Of a stretch of DNA of 50,489 nucleotides, positions 7,481 through 16,687 are shown piece after piece. How positions within the stretch are numbered: position 1 is the first letter of the stretch; every line of letters starts with the position of its first letter. The notes under the pieces are model-generated. The model searched no databases, had not been told where the DNA came from, and saw only the letters and a list, made by a program, of their open reading frames with translations. A program made the position numbers and the translations under genes. The stretch comes from a virus. Taxonomy: Duplodnaviria; Caudoviricetes. Location: positions 1 through 50,489 of the IMG/VR virus record IMGVR_UViG_3300036781_000222. One strand, given 5' to 3'.

Positions 7481-7959
7481 TGGTATCAGGACGCAAAAGA
7501 ACTTCATGGGAGACTTTGTTTATCAGACATAGCGCGTACCACACAAAAAATGATTGTACCGAATGGACTGGCACTATTAGTCCGTTTGGTTACGGCGTGT
7601 TGGGACGAAAAATCGACGGAAAAACTAAAAGTATTCTGGCTCACCGATATGCTTGGTACCGTGTCAATGGGGATATTCCAGAAAGAATATGTGTCTGCCA
7701 CACTTGCGATAACCCAGCCTGTGTCAACATAGATCATCTCTTTCTCGGAGATCATGGTGAAAACATGGATGACATGGCCAATAAGGGAAGGGCCAATAAA
7801 AGCAGGTCCGGTCGCATCACAGATGAACAGCGCGAAGAACGAGCGCGTGATTATCTGAGCGGAATGACTAATTCGGAAATGATGACAAAGTGGGGCGTAG
7901 ATTTACAGGCTGTCCTGCAATGGAAGCGGCGATGGAGACATCGACTAGATACGCAATAA
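7477..7959 (+). CDS. HNH endonuclease (HNH_3-type) with C-terminal HTH-like tail
   Basis: CTEWTG....GYG...AHRYAW....GDIP....VCHTCDNPACVNIDHLFLGDHGENMDDM..KGR. Confidence 0.92.
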   Translation: MMVSGRKRTSWETLFIRHSAYHTKNDCTEWTGTISPFGYGVLGRKIDGKTKSILAHRYAWYRVNGDIPERICVCHTCDNPACVNIDHLFLGDHGENMDDMANKGRANKSRSGRITDEQREERARDYLSGMTNSEMMTKWGVDLQAVLQWKRRWRHRLDTQ

Positions 7960-8134
7960 AATAACCAGCATACAAAATGTTGCGTGGACAACCGGTTTTT
8001 CCCATCTATATACTATGCGAAGGACTTAAATCTTAGTACGCAACATCGATAAACCCAGCAACAATCTAACCGACGCAGTTAACCTCACGTCTCAGCGCCG
8101 GGCGGCGTTATCCACCGATCGATCCACCGCAGAT

Positions 8135-8356
8135 TTAGCGCCCCTCCGCACCCCGCAGCGCCTCCGAACAATCGCCATTGACCACCCGATCCCCAGCCTT
8201 GGCCTTCAGCGTCGTCCATTTGTCATGCTGGCTGTTCAGGTAGACCGCATCGGCCGTGGAGAGCTTGCCGACAACGCAGGCGTCATCGATGGCCTGAGCT
8301 GTTTGCTGGATGAAAGAACAGCCGGATAGTGTGATGGCCAGTAGCACCCACTTCAC
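8135..8356 (-). CDS. Lipoprotein
   Basis: GTG start; MKWVLLAITLSG-C lipobox. Confidence 0.7.
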   Translation of the reverse strand: MKWVLLAITLSGCSFIQQTAQAIDDACVVGKLSTADAVYLNSQHDKWTTLKAKAGDRVVNGDCSEALRGAEGR

Positions 8357-8586
8357 CCTAAATCCCCCGCCTGATGGCACGCCCGCAGCGTCGCCCGTTC
8401 CCGGCCATAGTCGGTGATCATCCGGGCAACCATGGGGGCTTGCGACTTGATCGCCGCCAGCTCGTCAGCGGCCTGCGTCTGCTCGGCAGCGGTGTAGCTG
8501 ACCGGCCATGGGCAGTCATGGCTGACGGGCTGGAGCTTGACGGGGGTGCAGGCGGTGAGGATGAGGGCGAGAGCGAGCCATTTCAT
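8353..8586 (-). CDS. Lipoprotein, probable o-spanin (Rz1-like)
   Basis: MKWLALALILTA-C lipobox; CPWPVSY..AEQ..AADEL...MITDYGRERATLRAC; in the lysis cassette. Confidence 0.72.
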   Translation of the reverse strand: MKWLALALILTACTPVKLQPVSHDCPWPVSYTAAEQTQAADELAAIKSQAPMVARMITDYGRERATLRACHQAGDLG

Positions 8587-8798
8587 GCGAAATCCCTCCA
8601 ATCCCAATGCTTCGGAATATATCGGAGGCGCTGAAACCACCGCTGCCTCTTGAAATTCCTCTTCCAGATAGCGCGGCGGTTATAGTGATAATCCCACGAT
8701 CTGACGGGCACCTTGTTCTTGCGGAACATGCGCCAAAGTGGCTTGCCGAATAGATATAGCGTGACTGCCAGCAGCGACAGGTGCGCCCAAATCGACAT
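8583..8798 (-). CDS. Small basic membrane-anchored protein
   Basis: N-terminal hydrophobic stretch; overlaps with both neighbours. Confidence 0.55.
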   Translation of the reverse strand: MSIWAHLSLLAVTLYLFGKPLWRMFRKNKVPVRSWDYHYNRRAIWKRNFKRQRWFQRLRYIPKHWDWRDFA

Positions 8799-9028
8799 CA
8801 AAACCCACCCTTCCGCAGATCCGCAATCGTCTGGTCGGTTGTCGCCGCCGCACTCGCAGCCGCCTTCTGTTCGGCCTCCAGCGTCTTCACCTGGGCTGCC
8901 AGGCTGGCCGACCGCTCGGCATCGACGCCATCCTGCTCCTGGACTGCTGCGGCGTTGGCGTCAGATTGGCTGCTGAAGAAGCCCAGGATCTTGTTCAGAA
9001 TGCCGAGGGCGGCCGTTAGCCAGCCCAT
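8798..9028 (-). CDS. Probable i-spanin (Rz-like)
   Basis: N-terminal hydrophobic helix, Ala-rich coiled coil, ends DLRKGGF. Confidence 0.6.
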   Translation of the reverse strand: MGWLTAALGILNKILGFFSSQSDANAAAVQEQDGVDAERSASLAAQVKTLEAEQKAAASAAATTDQTIADLRKGGF

Positions 9029-9381
9029 CAGCTTGCGGGCGCGGTAGTCGCCGGGACTGTCGATGCAGCACTGGCGCCGGAAGTTGCCTGCAGGTTCGCC
9101 ACGGCTGCCTCGATCGCCGAATTGATGGCGCTCAGCACGACCGGAATCCCCTGGCTCTCAAGCGTGGAGACAACGGCAGCGGTGGCAGCCTTCAGCTTAT
9201 CACTGCCGGAACCACCCTGCGCCTCTGCAGCCTGAACAGCGGCGACGGCTGCATTGACCAGTACCGTGCTGCCATTGGTCAGCACGGAATGGATGGCGGA
9301 CGAGAAGAATGCAGCGACCTCTTGCTCGGCCGAGGTGAAGAAGCCCTTGATATCGTTCCAGACGTTATTGAAAAAGCTCAT
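9028..9381 (-). CDS. Lysis-region protein resembling the LL-H-family holin soluble domain
   Basis: AVQAAEAQGGSGSDKLKAA...LESQGI.....INSAIEAAV pattern. Confidence 0.55.
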   Translation of the reverse strand: MSFFNNVWNDIKGFFTSAEQEVAAFFSSAIHSVLTNGSTVLVNAAVAAVQAAEAQGGSGSDKLKAATAAVVSTLESQGIPVVLSAINSAIEAAVANLQATSGASAASTVPATTAPAS

Positions 9382-9620
9382 CAGGAAACTCCTTGTTTTT
9401 GTTGAATGGTTTGCGTGCGCGCCTTGGCAACGCCATGCACGATCAGGAATGTGAGCAGGCCAACAGCGGTCTGCACCCAGGTATCGTCAAAGTGCCAAGC
9501 GGCCGAGAGCAGATTGTCATTGACCTTGGTTGCCACCCCGAGCAGCAAAAAGCCCAGGCCCGTGACCCAGGCCTCATTTGCGCCCGGCAGCGAGTTGAGA
9601 ATGGCATTGAGCGCGTTCAT
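9381..9620 (-). CDS. Probable holin (2 TM)
   Basis: Two hydrophobic segments, basic C-terminus, directly after the endolysin. Confidence 0.6.
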   Translation of the reverse strand: MNALNAILNSLPGANEAWVTGLGFLLLGVATKVNDNLLSAAWHFDDTWVQTAVGLLTFLIVHGVAKARTQTIQQKQGVS

Positions 9621-10099
9621 GATTCCCCCATCGTCCGGTGCCAGTTATCGATGAACTGCTGCGCCTTGGCAGCGTCGTCACGAGTATTGTACCACTTAGA
9701 CCAATAATCAGCCATGGCGGAAATATCGTTAACGGTCGGTAATTTAGCGTCGATTCTTAGATAGCGCACCCGCGCCATTGCCGCCGCATATTCGTCATGG
9801 CCGACCAGCCATTCCGCGTCGGACGGTTCGGTCAGGCTGCCGACGACCAGAACCTTGTGTGCCAGATCCGGACGATAGACGAGATAGTTGACCCAGCAGT
9901 CGTGGTGGGTCGCCGGCTCCATCTGGAACAGCCCGAGCGCCGGACCATCGCCAAGCTGCCGCCGATGCACGAGGCCGGATTCCTGGATGGCTGTGCCGAG
10001 CAGCAACTGGCCTGCGGCCTCCGACCAGGCGCCGATTGCCTCGCAGGCCGGCTGGATGATGGTCCGGAGGAACGTCTCTGCTGCGACCTTAGTGACCAC
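9617..10099 (-). CDS. Endolysin, lysozyme-like/transglycosylase fold
   Basis: LLLGTAIQESG....RQLGDGPALGLFQMEPATHHD.W motif; YWSKWYNT; probable GTG start at 10099. Confidence 0.8.
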   Translation of the reverse strand: MVTKVAAETFLRTIIQPACEAIGAWSEAAGQLLLGTAIQESGLVHRRQLGDGPALGLFQMEPATHHDCWVNYLVYRPDLAHKVLVVGSLTEPSDAEWLVGHDEYAAAMARVRYLRIDAKLPTVNDISAMADYWSKWYNTRDDAAKAQQFIDNWHRTMGES

Positions 10100-10400
10100 G
10101 GAACCACCTATCGAAGAAGCCGCCGGCAGCGACCAAGCCGACAGCCGCGGCACCTTTCCAGATCAGCGCCACGACATTGCCGACCGCGCGTTGTTCGGTC
10201 CGGGTCTGCTGCAATGACCGCATCTCGTTCCTGAGTGCCCCAACCTCGACCTGCATGCCGACCAGAGGCGCCATTGCTCCCTTCAGCTCGACCAGTTCGA
10301 TATAGAGTCGCTGCATCTCGCCGCGGGCCTCATGGCGATATTTGGTGTTCTCGTCGTCGATGCGGCGGATATCGTCGCGGAGCTGGTCGGTTTCGGTCAT
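10089..10400 (-). CDS. Coiled-coil protein with C-terminal TM
   Basis: MTETDQLRDD...VVALIWKGAAAVGLVAAGGFF; start coupled to upstream TAA. Confidence 0.65.
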   Translation of the reverse strand: MTETDQLRDDIRRIDDENTKYRHEARGEMQRLYIELVELKGAMAPLVGMQVEVGALRNEMRSLQQTRTEQRAVGNVVALIWKGAAAVGLVAAGGFFDRWFRGH

Positions 10401-10693
10401 TACCCACCCCACACGATATGAATGTTCGGCGTGATGAGCCACGCGAAGATGCCGGCGATGGCAAGACCAATCACCCAAATGAGCTTGCTGATGATGCTGG
10501 CGCCCCGGATGGTTCCATCGGTCTGGGCCTTGACAATTTCCAGCGTGTTAATCCGTCTATCATGGCCATTCAGCCGCGTATTGATTTCGCTCTTGGCGTC
10601 GCGTAGATCGCGGTCAAATCCGTCCATTCTGGTCAACACCGCCTGGAGCATACCCTTCATCTCTCCGAGCATGTGCAAAACCGATTCATCCAT
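10400..10693 (-). CDS. Coiled-coil protein with C-terminal TM (XhlA/holin-like architecture)
   Basis: LGEMKG.L..V..R....HDRRINTLE...LIWVIGLAIAGIFAWLI. Confidence 0.7.
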   Translation of the reverse strand: MDESVLHMLGEMKGMLQAVLTRMDGFDRDLRDAKSEINTRLNGHDRRINTLEIVKAQTDGTIRGASIISKLIWVIGLAIAGIFAWLITPNIHIVWGG

Positions 10694-10717
10694 TATACAA
10701 GCCTCAAATGGTTGATC

Positions 10718-12250
10718 TTAGATACGGCGCCAATCAATGAAGCCAACGCCCTTATAGGACGTGCTTTGAGTTGCTGCCGAAGCCCGATGACGGACCTGCG
10801 ACGACGTATTAGTCGTTATCGTTAGTTGTGCCGCGCTCGTACCGATGGCGCTTGCTGAACCGGCCATAAGATTGCCACTTGAAAGAGCCACTGCCGCATC
10901 GTCTGGGCTATCTGGGCTGGAAACCAAAACGGATTGGGCTGCCGCTGTCGTCACCGCCATTCCCGCATTAATGATGACATCGCATTTGAGACCACCGGGA
11001 ACAGGAACTGATATTAGCGTACCCGTTGTCGGTGCCGCGCCGCTGAAGATAAATTGTGTCGCTGCGAAGAGAAATTTATAACCACCGCCCGCTACCTCGA
11101 TTGCAGTACCGCCAAGAGGATTGCCGGATGAATCGGTCAGGATCGAGAAGTTGTATCGATAGAACGTGTATCCGCTCGGCAGCGTCGGCGTCAGTGACGT
11201 GCTGGCAAAACTGGTCTCGCCGCTCGATCCCCAGATTTCAAATAAATGGATCGTAGAGCTGTTCGGCAGCGTCGTGCCGCCTTGATAGCCATTGGCCGCA
11301 TTGCCATTGCTGACGGCCCAGCTATGCCCGGCTGATGTGATGCTGCTTGCGCCCGTACTGTCGGTGCAGGAACCGGCTGAGATAGTGACAGCGCCTGTCG
11401 TGCTAGTGCCATTGATGGCGGTTGGCAAGAGGCCGGTGATGAATAGCGGCGGCGTCGTCACTGATGTGCTTGGAGCCGACACAAGCAACATATTGGCGCC
11501 GTCATATAGCGTCAGCATCGGCTGGCCGCTGATGATATATCCAGATGACGGATTGGCTCCGAACACGGTCTTGATCGACTTAGCGCCCTTGCCGTTGATG
11601 TTAACCGTTGCGGCGCCGGTATTGGCGAATGATGCAATCCAGGGGTAAACTTGGCCAGCGCGCAAAGCCGAGATAGCCGGGCTGTAGGTAACGACATAGG
11701 CATTGGCGCTGCCGGTGGAGGTGACGGCAGCCGGCACGTCATCGGCCAGCGCCTGGGTCAGATTCACAGCCAGCTTCAGCGGCGACACGATACGCGTGTC
11801 ATCGGTCCCGGTATTCGTCTCTGTCTGCGTCGCGATCTCAGCAACGCCCGCCGCTGTCTCACTGGCAGGCACGACAGTGAAGGCCAAGGTGGTCTGTTCA
11901 AATTCAATCGGGTCTTGCGCAATGACGAATGGCATCAATGTCGTCACAGCCCACCAGGTCGCGGCCTGGCCGCCAGCAAAGATAAACACCAGCGTGCCAG
12001 TGGTAGCGTCTCTTTCCCCATCGAAATCAGGCTCGCGTTGCCAGGCCGTGGTCTGCGCTGTATAAATGCCGTTCTCGACTGCGTTACTTTGGTTCTTGAC
12101 CAGCACGCGATCATTGGCCGCGAGCGCCACGCCATCGACGGTCTGCAATCCGGAGAGTGTCAGGTTGCCCAAACTGCCGGCGCGACAGGCGGTCTTCACT
12201 GCCTCGCTGGTCGAGATTCCGTCAATCCTATCAATCTGTGTGCTCGGCAT
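10718..12250 (-). CDS. Tail fibre protein
   Basis: NLTLSGLQTVDGV...RVLVKNQ...ENGIY domain; ASETAAGVAEIATQ.E repeat; GSANAYVVT..PAI..NTGAATVNING.GAK module. Confidence 0.88.
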   Translation of the reverse strand: MPSTQIDRIDGISTSEAVKTACRAGSLGNLTLSGLQTVDGVALAANDRVLVKNQSNAVENGIYTAQTTAWQREPDFDGERDATTGTLVFIFAGGQAATWWAVTTLMPFVIAQDPIEFEQTTLAFTVVPASETAAGVAEIATQTETNTGTDDTRIVSPLKLAVNLTQALADDVPAAVTSTGSANAYVVTYSPAISALRAGQVYPWIASFANTGAATVNINGKGAKSIKTVFGANPSSGYIISGQPMLTLYDGANMLLVSAPSTSVTTPPLFITGLLPTAINGTSTTGAVTISAGSCTDSTGASSITSAGHSWAVSNGNAANGYQGGTTLPNSSTIHLFEIWGSSGETSFASTSLTPTLPSGYTFYRYNFSILTDSSGNPLGGTAIEVAGGGYKFLFAATQFIFSGAAPTTGTLISVPVPGGLKCDVIINAGMAVTTAAAQSVLVSSPDSPDDAAVALSSGNLMAGSASAIGTSAAQLTITTNTSSQVRHRASAATQSTSYKGVGFIDWRRI

Positions 12251-12252
12251 GC

Positions 12253-14823
12253 TTAGCCCCCGTATCTCACTGCATATTGGCTTGGCGGTAAAATATACTC
12301 GCTCTGATTCTGGTCCTTGACCCGGCTTTCCATGCGCCGAAGATAGCCGGGATTGGCTGCCTCTTGCAGTCCATAGAAGACCAGATAATCCATCGCCGCC
12401 TTGGTCCAGAGCAGGTTTTGAAATGGCAGGTTGTTCTTGATCGTCCGCACCGCATCGGCGCGAAAGCGCGTGAAGTCGTGCGCGGTCGCGGCGTCCTGGA
12501 GTTCGGATTTCATGCGGTAGAGATCGGCGACCTGTCCCATGATCGGACCGCCGAAGGTCTCGGCCAAGCCGCCGCCATAGCGATTCGTATCGCCGAATAG
12601 GAAGTCGCCATAGATACCGAGACCACCGCCCTGGAGCATGGCAGCGATCGTCTGCTTCTTGGCCTCTTCCACGTCCTGCGGCAGATGCTGGATCTTGCCA
12701 GATAGCAGCGACTTGATCTGGATTGCCGCCCAGCCCATCGCCGTGGTGCCGGTAATCAGGAGTGCCAGGCCGGGATAATCGATCCCACCGCCCCGGGTGA
12801 ACTCACGCAGGAACTGCCGTCGCGCCGCCGAGATGCCAAAGCCCTTAAACTGCATGAAAGCGCGCACCGCCTCACCGGCTACTGTCCCCGTGCTCAAGCC
12901 GCCGCTGGTCACGGCGCGCTCGAAGGCGCCGGGCTGGTTGACGGCTTCGTCAGCGAGGTCGGTGAAATAGGTGCCGAGGCTGGAGGCGATATCCTCGCGG
13001 GCGCGGGCGATCTTGGTGGGTGTGGAGCCGTCTCCGACATAGGCCGCCAACACCTCATCCGGCAACCGCTCCACCCCATCCGTCGTCAAGTAGCGGCGTC
13101 CACCTTTGTCGAACAGCTCAGCCTGCCGCACCACGTCCCACTCGCGTGTGCCCAGCCCATAGCGCTCCAGGTTGGCCTGGAGCTGGCGCGGCACCGCGTC
13201 CCACTCCTGCCCCGCTAGTTGACCCATCTTCCAGCTCGCCGCCTCGGCGACCCCGGCGCGCATGTTGTCAGTCCACCAGCGAATGCCGGTCATGCCCATG
13301 AAGGAATTCAGCGTCTTTGACATGGCGCCGCGGGCGCCATCTTCCGCTGTGAACCTCGCGCCGAGATTGGCGGTAGTGCCTTCCAGCATGACGCCCAATT
13401 GTTCCAGCAGCTCGTCGCGATCCTCACGACTCAGCGCCCCGCCGCCGATCGCCTGCAACTGATGCAAGACAGCTTCCGGATAAGAGAGGCCTGCATAGCG
13501 GAGTGTGCTAGCGGTGATCGGCACATCGGTGACCGCCGAGGCCAGCACCATGCCCAGGCTCTTCAGCGTATTCAGGCCCCTCAGCCCCTGGCCGAGCATG
13601 GCGAGGGTGGGATTGCCGCCGACATTGGCGGTGCCGTTGACCTGCTTGAACAGCGCCTTGGACCAGGAGCCGGACAGCTTGTCAGTCGCCTTGAAATCAC
13701 CCCGGTCGCGGGCCTTCTCCATGGTATCAGACAGGGTTTTATCGAACATCGCCTCTGGATTGGTACCCCAGGTCCGCATCAGCGCCGTGTTCTTGGCCGC
13801 CCGCTCCAGGCCATGGGTGACGCTTTCCAGCATCGTGCCGTGGCCATAGAGCCGATGGTATTCCATCATCTCGGCCGGCCCTTTGAAATGGATCGAGCGA
13901 TGGGCGCTGGCCTTCTTGGCGCGGTTGGCCGGTCCCTTGAAGCCCATCAAGAAATCATCGGCGCCGCGCTCGGCGGTGTGCTTGCCGCTGGCGAGCGCAT
14001 TAAAGACGTATTCCAGATAGGCGCGGATGGCCTTGGGATCGCCGGGGTTGTCAAAAGTCTTGTCGTGATCGACCAGGCGCAGGAAGTCCTGGCTCCACTT
14101 CTGGAAATTGCGCTCCCAGTCATAGACCGCTGTCGGCGAGCGATCGGCCAGGGTACGGCCCGCTGCCCAGCGGATTTTCATCATGTCGTGGTCTTGTCGC
14201 ATGACATAGCCGGGGATGCGGCCGATCCAGGCCCCGGCCTTGTTCTGCATCACCCGGCCCATCTCAGTTGCCTGGGCGATGATCCGCGCCGCCTCTTGCG
14301 CCTGGGCGGTCCCGAGCGGTGGCAGATTGGGATTGTCCGGCTCAGTCAGGCGCCAGATTTCAGCGGCGACCGAATCCTCAAAATCGTGATCGCGGAACAG
14401 CTTGAGCAGCCCCTTATCCGAAAGGGCGCGGAGATAGGGACTGACAAGCTTGGCCACCAGGGACTTGCCCTGGGCATCGACCGAGCGCGCCACGCCCCAG
14501 CCGCCGCCCGTGCGACCGACATTGATGGCATTGATAGTCTTCTGCTCGGAACCAACGTTCCGGCTCAGCGTTTCATCAATCTTGATCTTGGCCAGCACAT
14601 TGATTGCCCGCTGGCGCTTCTCGATAATCGCCGCGATCTTCTCGGCCGTGGCAAGATCGCGGGCGACAGCGCTGGCTGCCGTCTCGCGGTCCTCCAATGG
14701 ATTCTGCCGCATGCGCTTGGCGATCGCCGAGTCGGCATCGTCCAGGGCCTGCTGGGCGTCGTCTGCTGAAAGAGCGTCGCCGCTGGCCTTGACGATCTCC
14801 GCTATACAGTTTTCGTAGGCCAC
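12253..14823 (-). CDS. Internal virion (ejection) protein, large
   Basis: 856 aa, last core gene before the tail fibre; GE..R.FMQFK.F, GGGLGIYGDFLF and NPGYLRRME motifs typical of BPP-1/epsilon15-like core proteins. Confidence 0.82.
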   Translation of the reverse strand: MAYENCIAEIVKASGDALSADDAQQALDDADSAIAKRMRQNPLEDRETAASAVARDLATAEKIAAIIEKRQRAINVLAKIKIDETLSRNVGSEQKTINAINVGRTGGGWGVARSVDAQGKSLVAKLVSPYLRALSDKGLLKLFRDHDFEDSVAAEIWRLTEPDNPNLPPLGTAQAQEAARIIAQATEMGRVMQNKAGAWIGRIPGYVMRQDHDMMKIRWAAGRTLADRSPTAVYDWERNFQKWSQDFLRLVDHDKTFDNPGDPKAIRAYLEYVFNALASGKHTAERGADDFLMGFKGPANRAKKASAHRSIHFKGPAEMMEYHRLYGHGTMLESVTHGLERAAKNTALMRTWGTNPEAMFDKTLSDTMEKARDRGDFKATDKLSGSWSKALFKQVNGTANVGGNPTLAMLGQGLRGLNTLKSLGMVLASAVTDVPITASTLRYAGLSYPEAVLHQLQAIGGGALSREDRDELLEQLGVMLEGTTANLGARFTAEDGARGAMSKTLNSFMGMTGIRWWTDNMRAGVAEAASWKMGQLAGQEWDAVPRQLQANLERYGLGTREWDVVRQAELFDKGGRRYLTTDGVERLPDEVLAAYVGDGSTPTKIARAREDIASSLGTYFTDLADEAVNQPGAFERAVTSGGLSTGTVAGEAVRAFMQFKGFGISAARRQFLREFTRGGGIDYPGLALLITGTTAMGWAAIQIKSLLSGKIQHLPQDVEEAKKQTIAAMLQGGGLGIYGDFLFGDTNRYGGGLAETFGGPIMGQVADLYRMKSELQDAATAHDFTRFRADAVRTIKNNLPFQNLLWTKAAMDYLVFYGLQEAANPGYLRRMESRVKDQNQSEYILPPSQYAVRYGG

Positions 14824-14996
14824 AACGCCAACCCCCAGAACAGCGCGCCAGAACTACCTATGGTGAAAATATACCACAGGAGTAGCAAGATATCCGATGA
14901 CGAAACAAGGTTAACCGCAGCCGGAATGGAAAATAATCCCCAGGTGGTGCCCAGGGCGTAGATGCCGCTCACCACGGCGGCGATGATCATTCTCAT
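14802..14996 (-). CDS. Small two-TM membrane protein
   Basis: 64 aa, very hydrophobic, lower GC, ATGA-coupled. Confidence 0.6.
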   Translation of the reverse strand: MRMIIAAVVSGIYALGTTWGLFSIPAAVNLVSSSDILLLLWYIFTIGSSGALFWGLALWPTKTV

Positions 14997-16687
14997 AACG
15001 CCCTCGCAATGCAGGCAGCGGCCTGCGCAAAGCCGCGTCCCCTGGCCTCGGCCGAACGGATGTTCTCATCTTCAGCCGCTAGTACAGCTTCATGCTCGGG
15101 CCGGAGCAAGCCCTGCTCGCGCGTGGCTTGCAGGATTTCATCGGTTGCGGCGGCATAGCTTTCAGCCTCAGAACTATCTGGCACGGATGCCACCGAGCGG
15201 TCATAGCCAGCCGCTTCCCGGTTCCACTCGGCCAGGGCGCCGGCCTGGTCAGGCTGTACCTCATGGCTCTGGCGCTGGGAGCGCATGGCATCCTGCCAGG
15301 CTGACTGAAACCGGGTCCCGGTGGTGTCGGCCGCCTGTGGCAAGTCCGTGACCGCGCTTTCGCCAGCGCCCCGCGCCAGCGCCTGGTCAACCAGTTCCGG
15401 CTGCTGGCGCAATACCGCCGCCTGGCCGTCGCTCAGGCCCCGCACCACCACGGTGCCCTGGTTGCCATCGGCACGGGTGAAAGGAATGGTCTGCAGCCCT
15501 TCCCGCTCCGCTGGCGGCATGCGGTTGATATTGGCCCGCGCGGTCAACTCGTCAGGGAACTGGTCAACCACCTCGAACTCGGCCGGCTCGACCAGCCTAG
15601 TCTCATCCGTAGATCTACGTAGAGCCAGGGTGCGTCCCTCGCGGGCGGCCTGATCTTGCAAGCGGCGGATTTCAGAGCCAAAGCCCAAGGTATCAGCGGG
15701 ATAGACGGCGGGACCGCCAGCCTCGCCGGGTGTAGGTAGATCTACGGATACGCTCTGCCCTGGGCGGGCGGCCTCCTGGTTGAGAGGGCCGAACTCCTGG
15801 AGGCTTGCTTCCAGTGGCACCTGGGGCGCTTCGCTGGTCAGCGCCGTGGTATTCAGGAGATCGCTACGCCGGCTAGCCTCCATCGCGCGCAGGTATTCCG
15901 CCACGCGGATGGGCCTGTCTTCTGAAAGCGCAGCGATAGCGCCGGACAAGGCGGTGGCATGGTCCTGCGGCGGGGTGAATTCAGGAACGCCGAACAGGCG
16001 GTCATGCAGGAATCCGCCACCCGTGTGCAGGATGGCCCCAAGGCCAGCACCCATGGCGATGTTGGACAGGCTGTCCCACATGCCATAATCGCGGTCTTCG
16101 GCGCTGGCATTCTGCAGCGCGATCGGCTCAATAAGCGCTTGCCCAGCGGCGCCTTCCACGGCGCCACGGGCGATACGCGCGCCGACGAGACCGAGCCTTG
16201 CAAAGCGGGCTTCCCCGACCACCGGCACGAAGGAAGCGGCAATATTGAGCGGATCCAGTGCCGATGCGCCCAGGCTGGCGGCTAGCCGCGCCGTGGTCGG
16301 CAACACGCCAGAGGTCGCCCGGCTCAGCACATCCGCCCGCTGCAGGCGCTCGGTAGCAAACTGGTTCTGTAACTTCGCCGTCGCCGCCCGCACCGGCTTG
16401 TCCCATGAAAGCGTTCCCTTGATCCCGTATTGTTGGTTGGCTTCGTCCGGTTGCAGCAAAGGCGACTCGGAGGGTCCACGCAGGACGCCGCCGCGGCCGC
16501 CGGCAATGATCGGCCCAAGCGCCGAGGATTGCAGGTCAGCGGTCCGCAACGCCTCGGCGGTGGGACTGTCGGCCAATGCCTCATCGGCTGCTGTGCCGGC
16601 TGCAACGCCAGAAGACAGATAAGGATAGCCGGTCGCCTGGGAAACGGGGTTGGCTGGCGATTGATCACCAAACAGCGTCACGCCCAT
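14993..16687 (-). CDS. Internal virion (ejection) protein
   Basis: 564 aa, Ala/Gly-rich; SALDPLNIAASFVPVVGEAR motif; position in the core gene cluster. Confidence 0.8.
   Translation of the reverse strand: MGVTLFGDQSPANPVSQATGYPYLSSGVAAGTAADEALADSPTAEALRTADLQSSALGPIIAGGRGGVLRGPSESPLLQPDEANQQYGIKGTLSWDKPVRAATAKLQNQFATERLQRADVLSRATSGVLPTTARLAASLGASALDPLNIAASFVPVVGEARFARLGLVGARIARGAVEGAAGQALIEPIALQNASAEDRDYGMWDSLSNIAMGAGLGAILHTGGGFLHDRLFGVPEFTPPQDHATALSGAIAALSEDRPIRVAEYLRAMEASRRSDLLNTTALTSEAPQVPLEASLQEFGPLNQEAARPGQSVSVDLPTPGEAGGPAVYPADTLGFGSEIRRLQDQAAREGRTLALRRSTDETRLVEPAEFEVVDQFPDELTARANINRMPPAEREGLQTIPFTRADGNQGTVVVRGLSDGQAAVLRQQPELVDQALARGAGESAVTDLPQAADTTGTRFQSAWQDAMRSQRQSHEVQPDQAGALAEWNREAAGYDRSVASVPDSSEAESYAAATDEILQATREQGLLRPEHEAVLAAEDENIRSAEARGRGFAQAAACIARAL

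Noticed and set aside
10718-12250. Diversity-generating retroelement (expected by analogy with BPP-1)
   Set aside because: No reverse transcriptase ORF, and I saw no TR/VR pair differing at adenines
13399-14769. Long plus-strand ORFs opposite late genes (also 18019, 19408, 28565, 30499, 32620, 34013; minus-strand 41300)
   Set aside because: Codon-aligned antisense shadows of GC-rich genes with no motifs or SD
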